From: Spirochaetota bacterium
Lineage (GTDB): Bacteria; Spirochaetota; UBA6919; CBDBPB01
Direction of reading: 5' to 3'
DNA length: 64,000 bases
Assembly: GCA_965208615.1 (NCBI GenBank)
Contig: CBDBPB010000007.1
Coordinates: 1-64,000 of the forward strand
In this document: in pieces, positions 10,397 through 22,292 of the stretch
Layout: each line of letters begins with the position of its first letter
Position numbering within the stretch: the first letter of the stretch is position 1
Program-made: the position numbers and the translations under genes
Notes under the pieces: model-generated
What the model was told of the DNA's origin: nothing
What the model saw: only the letters and a program-made list of their open reading frames with translations
The model's database searches: none

Positions 10397-11065
10397 ATGA
10401 TAAATCTATTAAGCATAAAAAAAGAATTTAAGTTCCACTCTAAGAGAAATCTTGTTTTAACTAATATTAACTTTAAAATTAAACAAAAATATTTTACGTC
10501 AATTATAGGCAGGTCTGGTTCTGGTAAGAGTACATTATTGAAGATTATTGCGGGACTAATTAAGCCTACATCAGGTAAAATTGTTTATGACGACTATGAG
10601 ATTAAAAACTTTTCTGATAAGGTGATATCCCGTTTTAGGAGAGATAATATAGGATTTGTATTCCAAAACTTTAACATGATTCCCTATTATACAGCCTTAG
10701 AAAACCTAATAATACCCCTTAAGTTTACGTCTAAACCAAATAAAGAACATATAAACAAAGGCTTAGAACTGCTTAATGAGTTTAGCATATATGAAAAGAG
10801 AGATTATTATCCTTCATTGTTATCAGGTGGACAAATGCAAAGACTTGCAATATGTAGGGCCTTAATTAATAGTCCTAAGCTACTTATTGCTGATGAGCCA
10901 ACTGGAAACCTTGATTCTAAAACCTCTAACGAGATATTAGATATATTTATAAAACTAAACTCTGAAGAGAATATGGCTTGTTTAATTGTAACCCATGATA
11001 ATAATATTCTTTCTCATTCAAAAGAAAAGTATCTTTTAGAAAATAAAGTTCTAAATCAAATCTAA
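10397..11065 (+). CDS. ABC transporter ATP-binding protein (LolD/MacB-like)
   Basis: GRSGSGKST, GFVFQNFN, LSGGQMQR, ADEPTGNLD. Confidence 0.92.
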   Translation: MINLLSIKKEFKFHSKRNLVLTNINFKIKQKYFTSIIGRSGSGKSTLLKIIAGLIKPTSGKIVYDDYEIKNFSDKVISRFRRDNIGFVFQNFNMIPYYTALENLIIPLKFTSKPNKEHINKGLELLNEFSIYEKRDYYPSLLSGGQMQRLAICRALINSPKLLIADEPTGNLDSKTSNEILDIFIKLNSEENMACLIVTHDNNILSHSKEKYLLENKVLNQI

Positions 11066-11087
11066 TAATCTTAAGGCAGATTTCTTT

Positions 11088-12497
11088 ATGAAAGGAATAA
11101 ATAGACTTATAAACCTTATAAACTTATTTTGGATAAACATAAAACGTAACTTTATAAAAGAAGTTATAATGGGTTTAGGAGTTATTATTTCAACCGTAAC
11201 TCTTGTTGTAGGAGTATTCTTAGGCGATATTTTAGAAAGACTCCATAAAGAAAGTATATTAGGAAAGATTCCAACCAATGAAATAAAAATTAAAGGAAAA
11301 GTTACTATTGGTACTCCCGATAAAAAGATAAGTGTTATTACTCCTAATTTTATATCTAAGATAAAGTTAATCCCTCACGTAAAGGATGTAATAGCAATTC
11401 ATGAGGCTCATTTTCCTTCGACTCTTTTTATTAAGCTAAATATTGGTTTATTTACGGGTAATGTGAAAGCTGATAGAACTTTTTTGATAGAACCTCAAGT
11501 AGTTGGTATTCCTAATTCAATTGCACAAAAATATATTAACTCGCCGAGTATTAAAGCTGAGTTTCCAAAAGGATTTAAACGCCATAATAATATTACACCC
11601 ATTTTAATACCAAATTATGTACGATATACAATAGAGAGCTTTAATAAAAATAATAATCTTCCTAACTTTGATCCAATACGCTTTAGGAATATGTTAAAAC
11701 TAAAATTAGTTATGAATCGCTCATTAGTTTTGTCGTCTAAAAAACCTGTATATAATAATATTGACCTTACTCTTAACGGAGTGGTTGTTGGATTCACGGA
11801 TATTAGCATAACTAATGGCATTGCTATTCCAATAGATGAACTTGAACGAATTAAAAAAATAGTACTCCCCAATCAACCCCGTGGATATGATGGAGCAATA
11901 ATTAAAACGAAAGATGGATACACTAACATGGTTAATGAGCAACTTGAACCATTACTTTATAGTGAGGGACTCAGTTTTGATAATGTACTTTCTTTTAGAA
12001 GCTTGTCACATTATATTTACGGTGCGGTTAAGTCGTTTAACATAGCGATTTTTATTTTTGTTAGCTTTATACTTTTATTATCGGCTTTGACTGTTAGTTA
12101 TGCTTTTTTGTATTTGATAATCCGTCGTAGTAAAGAAATAGGACTATACAGGTTTTTTGGGGGTACAAAAAGAGAAATTATTAGTATTATAGTTTTAGAA
12201 TCAACAGTAATTGCTGTATTATGCGGTACCATAGGATATTTTATAAGCCACTATATAATATATTACATACCAAATAACTTTGAGGAAATTATAAAACTAA
12301 TACCTAAGTCAATATTTAACGTTGTATTCCCAGATGGAGAACAGGTTAAATCGTTTAAAGATAAAGTATTAGTGGTTGATCATATTAAAAATATATACTT
12401 ATCTATTATACCTATGTTAGTTTGTATTATATCAGCATTTACTACTGTATATATAACATCATCCAGAAGTATATTTAAACAGCTAAATAGAGCTTAG
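11088..12497 (+). CDS. ABC transporter permease (FtsX/MacB/LolC-E type)
   Basis: N-terminal TM, large periplasmic loop, RSKEIGLYRFFGG motif and three C-terminal TMs; follows the ATPase. Confidence 0.82.
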   Translation: MKGINRLINLINLFWINIKRNFIKEVIMGLGVIISTVTLVVGVFLGDILERLHKESILGKIPTNEIKIKGKVTIGTPDKKISVITPNFISKIKLIPHVKDVIAIHEAHFPSTLFIKLNIGLFTGNVKADRTFLIEPQVVGIPNSIAQKYINSPSIKAEFPKGFKRHNNITPILIPNYVRYTIESFNKNNNLPNFDPIRFRNMLKLKLVMNRSLVLSSKKPVYNNIDLTLNGVVVGFTDISITNGIAIPIDELERIKKIVLPNQPRGYDGAIIKTKDGYTNMVNEQLEPLLYSEGLSFDNVLSFRSLSHYIYGAVKSFNIAIFIFVSFILLLSALTVSYAFLYLIIRRSKEIGLYRFFGGTKREIISIIVLESTVIAVLCGTIGYFISHYIIYYIPNNFEEIIKLIPKSIFNVVFPDGEQVKSFKDKVLVVDHIKNIYLSIIPMLVCIISAFTTVYITSSRSIFKQLNRA

Positions 12498-13121
12498 TTT
12501 ACGATATTTTTTATTTATTATAAATTTGTCCAACTCTGTTTTTATAAGCTCTATTATTTCGTTATTATTAATATATTTTTCGTTCATTCTTTTAATATTT
12601 TCAGCATCATTGTTGTTAATGTAGTTCTGTAGTTCTTTTTTTATAAAGTTTTTTACGGTATTCATTAAAATATTTTTATCAATTAATATATCAAGACACT
12701 TTTCAAGAGCAACGAAGTCTTTCTTTTTAAAATAGTCTAAAATGTAGTTTGTAATTTCTAGTTGTAGCCTATGATTACCCGATAGATTATTTATTTGTTT
12801 ATCTGGATTATCAAAGATTTCGGTTATATTGTATTGTTCTATATTCTTGTCTTCTTTTTTATCTTTTTGTTTTTTTAGTATGTTAATTTGGCCTATAAGA
12901 GATTGTTCTAGTCTTATTTTAATATAAGGTTCTTTGATTAAGGAAAATAACTTTTTTATGAAGGATGAATAGTCTTCTTTATATTTTAAATCTAAGGAGA
13001 AAACAATATCCATAGCAGCGGCATATATAGTCTCATCAGAGAAAGACTTTAAAACATCAAAAGCTTTTACAGGATCAATTTTTCCTTTAGGGCCTTTTAT
13101 TTTTGACTCTTCTAATGACAT
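12483..13121 (-). CDS. Hypothetical protein
   Basis: 212-aa ORF with GAGGGG RBS; no recognised motif. Confidence 0.6.
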   Translation of the reverse strand: MSLEESKIKGPKGKIDPVKAFDVLKSFSDETIYAAAMDIVFSLDLKYKEDYSSFIKKLFSLIKEPYIKIRLEQSLIGQINILKKQKDKKEDKNIEQYNITEIFDNPDKQINNLSGNHRLQLEITNYILDYFKKKDFVALEKCLDILIDKNILMNTVKNFIKKELQNYINNNDAENIKRMNEKYINNNEIIELIKTELDKFIINKKYRKLSSI

Positions 13122-13271
13122 ATGCCCCTCTTGTATATATTTATATTATAATAAAAGATAACATTTTTTTTATTATTATATAAACGTTTAACAAAAAGTT
13201 ACTTATTATTAATATTGACTTAAATTAATGTATAAGATATTATATTAATTTTCATTTTCTTATAGAGTGTA

Positions 13272-15398
13272 CTAAAGCTTTTGAACTTTTGTAATTTTAT
13301 CGTTTTCACCAAAAAACAATAACTTGTCATTCTGATGAAAGATATAGTCTCCTGGAGGTATAAATATTTGAGTATCTTTATCTCCATAAGGAGATTTAAC
13401 TATCTTTCTTACCAAGAGTACTTCTACACCATAATTTACCCTAACATTAGCCGATATTAAAGTTTCACCAATAAGCTTTCTTGGAACAGATATTTCTATC
13501 ATAGAAAAGCCTTCTACTACCTCTACCTCTTTGAACTTATCAATAGTACTAATTCTTGATGCCATACCATTAGCTGTATCAGCCTTAAGTATCTCACGGT
13601 TATAAGAGTTAATAACATCATTTTTCCATATAACACCAATAACTTTTTTTTCAGAGTCATCTAAAACGGGTAACTCATCAGTATTACCTAGTCCAAACTG
13701 CTTCATGGTATAATCAAGATTATTATCCTCTTTTACAAAAGGCATATTTGGCTCAGCAACATCCTCAGCAATAACAAAGTCTTTAATATCGTCGTAATCG
13801 GTTAATATTCTCTTAAAATCATGGAGGGTAAAATAACCCATAATAGTTTTATTATCATCTACAACAACGAAACATGTATGGGGACTATTAACTACATGAT
13901 TCAATACCTCGGATAACTTCATATTACTGGGGATAATGGCTTGTTTATACTCCATTACATCAACTACCCTGATGGACTTTAAAATATTAATTTCTTGTCC
14001 TTCTTCGATGTCGACTCCACGTCTTAATAGCTTTAAAGTATAGATAGATTCTTTTTTCATACGTCTTGCAACCAGGGTACTGATTATAGATGCAATCATC
14101 AAAGGTAATATAATCTTATAATCGTTAGTAAGCTCAAAAATAACAAGAATGGCAGTAATAGGAGCCTGAGTAACAGCGGATACAACAGCACCCATAGCAA
14201 CAAGGGCATAGGCTCCGGATGATGATACACTCCCGGGATATAATGTGTTTAGAAGCATCCCAAACCCCCCACCTAACATAGCCCCAATAAATAAAGATGG
14301 AGCAAATATACCTCCAGAACCACCAGAACCAAGAGTTAATGAAGTGGCAACTATCTTAACAAAACTCATAAGAATTAATAAAATAGCTATAATAAACCCT
14401 AGTTGTATATCTCCGGTAAAGTAACCACTGCTAAATAGATTAGGGAAGACATCTTTAATAGGCTTAGTGCCAGAAGTTAAAACAGCATTAACGGCTTCGT
14501 GTCCAACGCCAAATATCTGTGGTAAAGCGATACCAATAATACCAATTAATAATCCACCAATAAGAGGCTTAATATAATCAGGTATAGATAGTGCATCAAA
14601 GAAGTCCTCAGTTTTATAGAGTACCTTAATAAATAAAACCCCAACAGCAGCAGCTAAAAAACCCAGTATAACATAAGGTATAAGTTCCCATGTGCTAACC
14701 AGCTCATACTTAGGTACTACAAATATAGGGAAGTCGGGGAGAAACTGATGAGAAACCACTGTAGCAATAACCGATGATATAACAATAGGACTAAACTGTG
14801 CTACACCAAAATCACCTAATATAATCTCTACAGCAAAAAGAGCTCCAGCAACAGGTGCATTAAATGTAGCAGCTATTCCAGCGGCCGCACCACATCCTAC
14901 TAATGTTCTAAGCTTGTTAGCAGGTAGTTTAAACAACTGACCAACAGCAGAACCAATAGAAGCTCCAATTTGTACTATAGGTCCCTCTCTACCAGTTGAT
15001 CCTCCTGTACCAATACACAAAGAGGATGCAATAGCTTTAACAAGAACTACTCTTGGTCTAATAACGCCATCACGCTTTACAACAGCCTCCATAACCTCTG
15101 GTACACCGTGTCCTTTAGCCTCTTTCGCAAAGAAGTATATTATTGGACCTATTATTGCTCCACCAATGGCGGGTATAATAATTAATATGTACCACGGCAT
15201 GGCAATAGCTTTATCTATTATGTGAGTACCATCACCAAAGGATAACTCCATGAAAGTCTTTATTAACCAGCGTACTCCTAATGCACCGAGTCCACCTAAT
15301 ACACCTATAAAAACAGCAACTAAAACCATAAAGGTATGTTCGGCCATTTTTGCCTGGTCAATTGATTTGTCTATTTTATTTTTTAACCAACTAAACAT
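13272..15398 (-). CDS. ClC-family chloride channel/antiporter with CBS pair and TrkA-C domain
   Basis: GHGVPEV, GREGP, GGIFAP signatures; CBS domains and C-terminal RCK-C-like region. Confidence 0.92.
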   Translation of the reverse strand: MFSWLKNKIDKSIDQAKMAEHTFMVLVAVFIGVLGGLGALGVRWLIKTFMELSFGDGTHIIDKAIAMPWYILIIIPAIGGAIIGPIIYFFAKEAKGHGVPEVMEAVVKRDGVIRPRVVLVKAIASSLCIGTGGSTGREGPIVQIGASIGSAVGQLFKLPANKLRTLVGCGAAAGIAATFNAPVAGALFAVEIILGDFGVAQFSPIVISSVIATVVSHQFLPDFPIFVVPKYELVSTWELIPYVILGFLAAAVGVLFIKVLYKTEDFFDALSIPDYIKPLIGGLLIGIIGIALPQIFGVGHEAVNAVLTSGTKPIKDVFPNLFSSGYFTGDIQLGFIIAILLILMSFVKIVATSLTLGSGGSGGIFAPSLFIGAMLGGGFGMLLNTLYPGSVSSSGAYALVAMGAVVSAVTQAPITAILVIFELTNDYKIILPLMIASIISTLVARRMKKESIYTLKLLRRGVDIEEGQEINILKSIRVVDVMEYKQAIIPSNMKLSEVLNHVVNSPHTCFVVVDDNKTIMGYFTLHDFKRILTDYDDIKDFVIAEDVAEPNMPFVKEDNNLDYTMKQFGLGNTDELPVLDDSEKKVIGVIWKNDVINSYNREILKADTANGMASRISTIDKFKEVEVVEGFSMIEISVPRKLIGETLISANVRVNYGVEVLLVRKIVKSPYGDKDTQIFIPPGDYIFHQNDKLLFFGENDKITKVQKL

Positions 15399-15554
15399 AG
15401 TTATAATATTTTGTTATTCCCTACAGATAATATAAAAGTTAAGATAAATTCTATATATGTTAAATATTATTGCTATATAATTTAGTAAAAATAAAAGATT
15501 TTGTAAGTTAGTTTTTTTTATGGTATGAGTTATGCTCTAACGAACATAAGCTTA

Positions 15555-16784
15555 TTACCTACTATTATAACGAAGGAAATAGTTGTAGTGTTTTTTAAAG
15601 TTATTATAGCCGTCCTTTGTTTTTATAAATCCCTTTTTCCAACTCAGTTTAATCATATTATAAATCTTTATAGCATTTATTATCTCTAGCTTTTTACGTT
15701 TTATTATTCTTTTACGTCTAAGTATACCCCCAGACCATACATCTTCATCATCTATGTCTAAATAGTAATCGGGTATTGCTAAGTCATACTTAATTTTAAC
15801 GTTTTTTATAAGCAGATAAAACTTGTTACCCATAGTACCGTCTTTTTTTTCTATCATAAAGCTGTCAAACTTTATATACGGTATTTCTTTTGGATATAGT
15901 TCTTGTCTTTTTAGATTTTTTCTTTTAGTAGGCAAGTATTTTGAGTTTGTCCACTCAAGTATGGTTTCATTATAAATAGGACTATTGTTTTTATACATTG
16001 TCCATAGGCTAACTTTAGCATTTTTGTAGTATACTTTATAAAAGTATATATTTTTTTGTTTATTATTTTTTATAAAGCTATCCATGTTTTGTATTTCATC
16101 GCTAAAGTTTTTGCCATCATATTCCCTAAAGTATTTATAGTTTCTATTTTGTTTTTTATAAATGAATCCAACGGGATATTCAACCAGATTTCCGTTGTAA
16201 TCCCTAAGCCTAAGGTATAATAGATTATTATTCGGTTTACCTATAAAGCCTATTGTAACAAAAAGTTTTTCAATATCCCCAACGTTATCTAGAACACCGT
16301 TACCGATATTAGTTAGCTTACCGCGTTTATCAAACTCGTATAGCCTAAAGCCGGGACTAATAATGGCATACGTAGAGTCATAAATATTAGAAAAGTTAAT
16401 TGGCACTCCAAGCAGGGTTTTGTTTATATTTTTATGTTTACTATAAGGAGACTGTCTTCTTTTGCTGAGAGCAGGAATAGGACTAGATAATTCTTTTGGA
16501 TATATTAATTTAATTAGCCATTTATTTAGAGATATATCATTTGGAGTAATCTCTAGCTTAGGTATAAGCCTATTTTTAACATTGAACTCATTTGATTGCG
16601 GTATAAGTGATTTATTATAGATATTTTGCCTAATATTGTCATTTTCGTTTTTATAGAGATATTTATCTTTTTTATTACTTTCTTCATATTTAGTAAAGTC
16701 GATAAGGGTTTTAGTTCTTGCACCATAAGCATTATGATAAATAAAGATAGTTATAAATATCATTATAAAAAAGCTACTATTCAT
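15555..16784 (-). CDS. flaA: FlaA-like periplasmic flagellar sheath protein (divergent)
   Basis: Signal peptide, TLIDF, GNGVLDNVGDIE, LYPKEIPYIKFDSF, IKNVKIKYDLA, DIDDEDVW-GIL resemble spirochete FlaA. Confidence 0.72.
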   Translation of the reverse strand: MNSSFFIMIFITIFIYHNAYGARTKTLIDFTKYEESNKKDKYLYKNENDNIRQNIYNKSLIPQSNEFNVKNRLIPKLEITPNDISLNKWLIKLIYPKELSSPIPALSKRRQSPYSKHKNINKTLLGVPINFSNIYDSTYAIISPGFRLYEFDKRGKLTNIGNGVLDNVGDIEKLFVTIGFIGKPNNNLLYLRLRDYNGNLVEYPVGFIYKKQNRNYKYFREYDGKNFSDEIQNMDSFIKNNKQKNIYFYKVYYKNAKVSLWTMYKNNSPIYNETILEWTNSKYLPTKRKNLKRQELYPKEIPYIKFDSFMIEKKDGTMGNKFYLLIKNVKIKYDLAIPDYYLDIDDEDVWSGGILRRKRIIKRKKLEIINAIKIYNMIKLSWKKGFIKTKDGYNNFKKHYNYFLRYNSR

Positions 16785-16901
16785 AATATCTAATCCTTAA
16801 TGGCTATACTTTCGGTTTAAACTCTACAAAACTAACTATTTTTTTATTGTAATTATACTTTAGCTAATAAGTTTAGCTTTAGTACAATGTTATTAAGTTA
16901 T

Positions 16902-18539
16902 CTAACTACTTTTTACTATAAGTATAGTATTAAGTTGATCTATATCGTGTTGATGGTTAGTGTTTACATTTAATATATGTTTTAGTAACTGTTTACTATT
17001 TAAGTCCTTATTCGACTTGATGGATTTTCCTAGGTATGATGATAGTGATTTTTTTATGTATTCTTCTTCTGTCCAAAATAATAGAAAGTCTTTTTTGTTA
17101 TACTTTTTCATATATTCGTTAAGATTTTTATGTTTAGTTTTTTGTTTATCGCATTCTAGGCTAACAAGTTTATTTTTTTCACTATTAAACAGATAAAAGT
17201 TAACCCCCAGCCCGCTATATGCGTAGGTAATAACATAATTATTGGTATCAATAATGCAATAGACGGTCTGAATAGGCATTGTAGTTTTAGATTCCCCTAA
17301 GAACTGGTTGTTTAGCCAACTTAGAACCGATTTTGGTGAGGCATTATTTCTTATTTGTCCTCTTAATAGATTTTTAAATAAAGCAACGGATAATGCGGCT
17401 GGAACTCCCTTACTAAAAACCTTGCACATGGTAATAGCTAATTTTGATTCGTCTATTTCGATAAAGTCATAAAAGTTTCCGCTTACATCCAGCTTAGTAT
17501 TATTAAAGACAGCTATATCGAGCTTATCAATATTGGGTATGGTTTTTGGGAGAAAGCTATTTTGTAATGTTGCTGCAATCTCTATTTCTTTTTTTATACG
17601 ATTTTGTTCAGCAACCTTATCCCTTAGTTTAATGCTTTTATAAGCCTTTGCAATAAATGAGCCTACGTTTTTTAAAACCTCTAGATCAGAAGAACTAAAA
17701 TACTGCTTACCTTTCGGATCAGACATATTAACCATGCCGACAATTTCTTCATCTATGATTATAGGAACAGATATATTCAACTTTTGATCGGCATAATTAA
17801 TTTTAGTTTTCTCATATTCAAAATTACCATCATCAGTTAGCGAGATTTTACTATCAATAAACTTTTTATCATAGCCTATTGCGGATAGTATTCTAAAATG
17901 TTTGTCGTCTGCAAGTATTAAGTATGCCTTTTCAGCTTTTAGGAGTTTATAAGTTCCTTTTATTATTGCATCGAATATATCATTACTATTTTGATATTTT
18001 TGAGTTAGCAAGCTAAGCTTATAAAGATAGTTTAGCTCTCTTGCACGATTATCAAGGTCTTCGTTAGCTTTTATTAGGTTTTGAAATAATGTTCTGTTAT
18101 TAATTCCAATTGCAGTAATACTCCCTATAAACATGAGTATGTTTTTATCTTTATCATCAAAGTGTCCTTTATTTGCGTTAATAATCTCAAGAACACCAAT
18201 AGTCCTACTTTTTAGCCTCATAGGAACACATAAAAGACTCTTTAATATACCGGGTAATTTATTTTTTATTATAGAGGATCCTTTTTTAACAGCCTCTTCA
18301 GCCATTTTCATTTCTAGCTTTTTAGTTAGACTACTATTATAAGGTTTTTCTAAGGTTATATAAGACTCAAGCTTGTCAGACTCTTTATTTATCAGTAAAA
18401 GAAAAGCAGATTCACAAGGAATTAGCTCTTTTACAGACTCTATAGTAAGTTTTAAAAGAATATTTAAGTCTTCTGCCGAGTTGATCCTGCTACTCAGTAT
18501 ACTGAGCTTAGAAAATGTTTTTTTACTTAAGTAATTCAT
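16902..18539 (-). CDS. GAF-GAF-SpoIIE/PP2C-like protein with degenerate catalytic motifs
   Basis: GAF (SLLCVPM, IGVLEIIN, FDDKD), EIEIAATLQNSFLP coiled coil, VSGNFYDF, KVFSKGVPAAL, FWTEE. Confidence 0.8.
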   Translation of the reverse strand: MNYLSKKTFSKLSILSSRINSAEDLNILLKLTIESVKELIPCESAFLLLINKESDKLESYITLEKPYNSSLTKKLEMKMAEEAVKKGSSIIKNKLPGILKSLLCVPMRLKSRTIGVLEIINANKGHFDDKDKNILMFIGSITAIGINNRTLFQNLIKANEDLDNRARELNYLYKLSLLTQKYQNSNDIFDAIIKGTYKLLKAEKAYLILADDKHFRILSAIGYDKKFIDSKISLTDDGNFEYEKTKINYADQKLNISVPIIIDEEIVGMVNMSDPKGKQYFSSSDLEVLKNVGSFIAKAYKSIKLRDKVAEQNRIKKEIEIAATLQNSFLPKTIPNIDKLDIAVFNNTKLDVSGNFYDFIEIDESKLAITMCKVFSKGVPAALSVALFKNLLRGQIRNNASPKSVLSWLNNQFLGESKTTMPIQTVYCIIDTNNYVITYAYSGLGVNFYLFNSEKNKLVSLECDKQKTKHKNLNEYMKKYNKKDFLLFWTEEEYIKKSLSSYLGKSIKSNKDLNSKQLLKHILNVNTNHQHDIDQLNTILIVKSS

Positions 18540-18895
18540 AATATAAAATTTGTCTATTTTAACTATATAATCTTTTATAATTAAACACTTATTACTAAAT
18601 TATACTTATTGTTAAATCATTATAAAAGCTAGTTAATATTATTATATGATATAAAAAAATAAATAACAACGTATTTTTTTTAGGGTTTGTTATTAATTAA
18701 AACTATTATATATATATTAGTACTATTTTGTTTATTAGTTGATAAATAGAAAATTTATAGTCTTTATTTTTTTATACACAAAAATACTTTGTATATAGTT
18801 TATCAAGATTTTTTTAATTTTTTTCTTGACAGAACAGTTGATTTAAGTTAATTTATCGACAAAATATTTAAATAATCTATATAGGGTTATATAGT

Positions 18896-20308
18896 ATGAA
18901 AAAAGTTAGCTTAGTAGTGTCCGTAATATTTACCATAGTTTTTTCAAACTTACTTTATTCCTCTAAAATAAAGAATACACCAAAAGATAGTGGTAATAAT
19001 TTTATACAAAAAAAAGAAAAGAATAAAAAAAAATCAAGAAATATATATAGAAAAAAGAAATCTTTTTCTAAATATAATTTTTATAAAAAACAAAGTTTAA
19101 AACATAGAGCTAAGTTTTTAGTTTTTGATAATAAGACAATATATCGCTTTAAATCTGGTGAGAGTCTAAGTAAGGCCGAAATTAACCTTTATCTTAAGTT
19201 TATAAGAATGGGAGGTTATAAAAAAACACTAAAGTCAAAAGGTCATGTTCATAGGGTGGCTAACGGTAGTAGTCTAATGAGGTTGATAACATATGATCAC
19301 CTTGAGAGAATATTAGTTACAATACACGAAAACCTTAGTAAAAAAAGTGATAATAATGATAAAAATAAAGAGTACTTGCTATTTTCGAATCCATATATAA
19401 TAGAATTGCTAAATGGACAAGAAAATCTTAGAGGAAAATTGATAGATAGCTCATTAGGAGGACTATTAAACCCTGATCCTAGAGTAAGATTGGTATCTAT
19501 ATATTTGCTAAGACGACTGATACCCGATGTGGAAGACTGGGACTTTGTTAATGAATTAATTAAAGAACAAAAACATGGAATAATAAAGGATTCAAAAGTA
19601 GGTATAGATGCAAGTAGTATAGAAACAGTAAAAAAGCTACCCTATCTTTATATAGAGTTTAACAGTAAGGTAACCAGTAGAACGGTTTATGATGAGCTTA
19701 AAAAGCTTTTGAGGTTTATGTCTCGTTTTATTTTAATAAATCAGGTTAGAGATGGTAGTCTAAAGGATATAAACACTTATCCAAAGCTGTATACCCTGCT
19801 AAGCAAGACAATAGATAATGAAGGATACTGTAAAATACCGATAAACTATTTTAAAAGCCAAATGGAGGCTGAATTTATATTAACTGGTATAAATAGTAAA
19901 AATGAACTAATTAGAGAGACTAGTGCTGATAACGTTGTAAGAATAATTAGAACAGTTGATAGTGATCCTGACTTAAAAAAGTATCTTTTTAATTCGCTTT
20001 TAATAAGTAATTATCGTTATAAGGTTGCAGAGGGCTTGACTGATGAAGATGTTAACCTTTTAAAAGAAAATGAAATTGATGAAATGCTAAAAAACTTCTT
20101 AGATGAAAATGGTCTTATACAAGGCTGTCAAGCTGAATCATTGGATAGATATGATGCTAAGGGGCATTCTAGTAAAGGAAAGTCTAAACCTGTAAAAACT
20201 GAGAAAACTAAGAAGATTAAAAAAACCGATGAAAATCTTTATAAAAGAGTTGTAGAGCAGGATAAACAAAATAAAAATCTTATAGTAGAAGAGTATATAT
20301 CAGAATAA
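18896..20308 (+). CDS. Hypothetical exported protein with HEAT-like segments
   Basis: 470-aa ORF, signal peptide, Lys-rich N-terminus, LLNPDPRVRLVSIYLL. Confidence 0.65.
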   Translation: MKKVSLVVSVIFTIVFSNLLYSSKIKNTPKDSGNNFIQKKEKNKKKSRNIYRKKKSFSKYNFYKKQSLKHRAKFLVFDNKTIYRFKSGESLSKAEINLYLKFIRMGGYKKTLKSKGHVHRVANGSSLMRLITYDHLERILVTIHENLSKKSDNNDKNKEYLLFSNPYIIELLNGQENLRGKLIDSSLGGLLNPDPRVRLVSIYLLRRLIPDVEDWDFVNELIKEQKHGIIKDSKVGIDASSIETVKKLPYLYIEFNSKVTSRTVYDELKKLLRFMSRFILINQVRDGSLKDINTYPKLYTLLSKTIDNEGYCKIPINYFKSQMEAEFILTGINSKNELIRETSADNVVRIIRTVDSDPDLKKYLFNSLLISNYRYKVAEGLTDEDVNLLKENEIDEMLKNFLDENGLIQGCQAESLDRYDAKGHSSKGKSKPVKTEKTKKIKKTDENLYKRVVEQDKQNKNLIVEEYISE

Positions 20309-20309
20309 G

Positions 20310-22292
20310 TTATTTTGTTTGGAGTTTTTGAATTTCATCTCTTATTACAGCGGCTTTTTCGAACTCTAAGTTTTGTGCGTATTTAAGCATTTCTTTTTCT
20401 AGGTTTTTTATAAGAGTTTGTTTATGGCCCTTAGTTTTTTTGTTATACTTTTTAGTAATATCTTTTATGTTTATAGGGCTAATCTTTTTTTCTTCTTCGT
20501 GATGCCTACGTTCTAAAATATCCTTAATAGACTTTTTAATACTCTTAGGCTTAATATTGTATTTATTATTGTATTCCTTTTGGAGTTTACGTCTACGGTA
20601 TGTTTCATCGATAGCCATTTTCATTGCCGGACTAATTTTATCAGCATACATTATTACCTGACCATTAATATTACGTGCGGCTCGTCCTGCGGTTTGTATA
20701 AGGGATTTATTGGAGCGTAGAAATCCTATTTTATCGGCATCTAGAATAACAACTAGTGATACCTCTGGTAGATCAAGACCTTCTCGTAATAAGTTAATTC
20801 CCACTAGACAGTCAAATTTACCTGATCTAAGGTCTTTTAGGATTTCAACGCGTTCTATTGTTTCGATATCGGAGTGTAGGTAGCGTATTTTTATACCTTT
20901 TTCTGCTAGATATTCGGATAAGTCTTCGCTCATTTTTTTTGTTAGGGTAGTAACTAAGGTCCGTTCTCCTTTATCTGTACGCATTCTGATTTCTGAGAGT
21001 AGGTCATCTATTTGTCCATTTGTTGTTCTAACGTCAATAGGGGGATCTAATAGTCCAGTTGGTCTAACCACCTGTTCTACTATACGATTAGACTTATTAA
21101 GTTCGTAATCTCCCAATGTAGCAGATAAATAAACTGTTTGTGGTATCAGATCTTCAAACTCCTCAAAAGTTAGAGGACGATTATCTAGTGCAGATGGTAG
21201 TCTAAAGCCAAAATTAACTAAAGTCTGTTTTCTTGATCTATCCCCTGCATACATACCCCTAATCTGACTAAGGGATACATGGGATTCATCAACAAATAAA
21301 ATGAAGTCATCTGAAAAGTAATCCAGTAGGGTATATGGTCTTTGTCCTTTTACTCTATTACTAAGGTGTAGGGAATAATTCTCTATGCCATTACAATAGC
21401 CTAATTCTTTCATCATTTCAATGTCATACATAGTTTTGGAGTATAGTCTATGTGCTTCGAAGTCTTTCTTTTCAGCTTTGAACTTTTCAATACGCTCATT
21501 TAATTCAATTTTAATATTTTTTATAGCTTTATCCATTTTATCCTTAGTTGTTACAAAGTGTTTTGCTGGGTAGATAACGATTTTATCGAGTTCTTCGATA
21601 AAGTTATTGGATATGTTTTCTAGTATGGATATTCTATCTATTTCGTCTCCGAATAGCTCTACCCTTATTATAGACTTGGAATAGGCAGGATGAATATCGA
21701 ATACATCACCTCTTACTCTAAAGGTGGAGCGTGAGAATTGATTATCATCTCTAATATACTGTATATGTACAAGTTGCTTTAATATATCTTTTCTATTTAT
21801 GGTCATTCCTTTTTTTATAAATAATGTTAGGTCTTTATAGTCTTCTGGTGATCCCAGCCCATAGATGAATGATACGCTGGCAACTATTATAACGTCTTTT
21901 CTTCCCATGAGAGAGCTTGTTGCGGATAATCTTAGTCTATCTATCTCATCGTTTATGGAGGCATCTTTTTCTATGTATGTATCTGTTGCTGGAACATAAG
22001 CTTCGGGCTGATAATAATCATAATAGCTAACGAAGTATTCAACGGCATTATCTGGGAAGAACTCTTTTATTTCTCTGTATAGCTGGGCAGTAAGAGTTTT
22101 ATTATGGGATATAATAAGAGCAGGTTTTTGTACTTTATTAATGACATTAGCAATGGTAAAAGTTTTTCCTGAGCCGGTTACACCTAATAATGACTGATAT
22201 TTTATATTGTTATTGATATTATTAACAATTTCTTTAATAGCTTTTGGTTGATCTCCCTTAGGTTTATATGGTGATTTAATTTTGAATTTCAT
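20310..22292 (-). CDS. uvrB: Excinuclease ABC subunit B
   Basis: [43 protein letters not shown]-terminal FEKAAVIRD. Confidence 0.98.
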   Translation of the reverse strand: MKFKIKSPYKPKGDQPKAIKEIVNNINNNIKYQSLLGVTGSGKTFTIANVINKVQKPALIISHNKTLTAQLYREIKEFFPDNAVEYFVSYYDYYQPEAYVPATDTYIEKDASINDEIDRLRLSATSSLMGRKDVIIVASVSFIYGLGSPEDYKDLTLFIKKGMTINRKDILKQLVHIQYIRDDNQFSRSTFRVRGDVFDIHPAYSKSIIRVELFGDEIDRISILENISNNFIEELDKIVIYPAKHFVTTKDKMDKAIKNIKIELNERIEKFKAEKKDFEAHRLYSKTMYDIEMMKELGYCNGIENYSLHLSNRVKGQRPYTLLDYFSDDFILFVDESHVSLSQIRGMYAGDRSRKQTLVNFGFRLPSALDNRPLTFEEFEDLIPQTVYLSATLGDYELNKSNRIVEQVVRPTGLLDPPIDVRTTNGQIDDLLSEIRMRTDKGERTLVTTLTKKMSEDLSEYLAEKGIKIRYLHSDIETIERVEILKDLRSGKFDCLVGINLLREGLDLPEVSLVVILDADKIGFLRSNKSLIQTAGRAARNINGQVIMYADKISPAMKMAIDETYRRRKLQKEYNNKYNIKPKSIKKSIKDILERRHHEEEKKISPINIKDITKKYNKKTKGHKQTLIKNLEKEMLKYAQNLEFEKAAVIRDEIQKLQTK

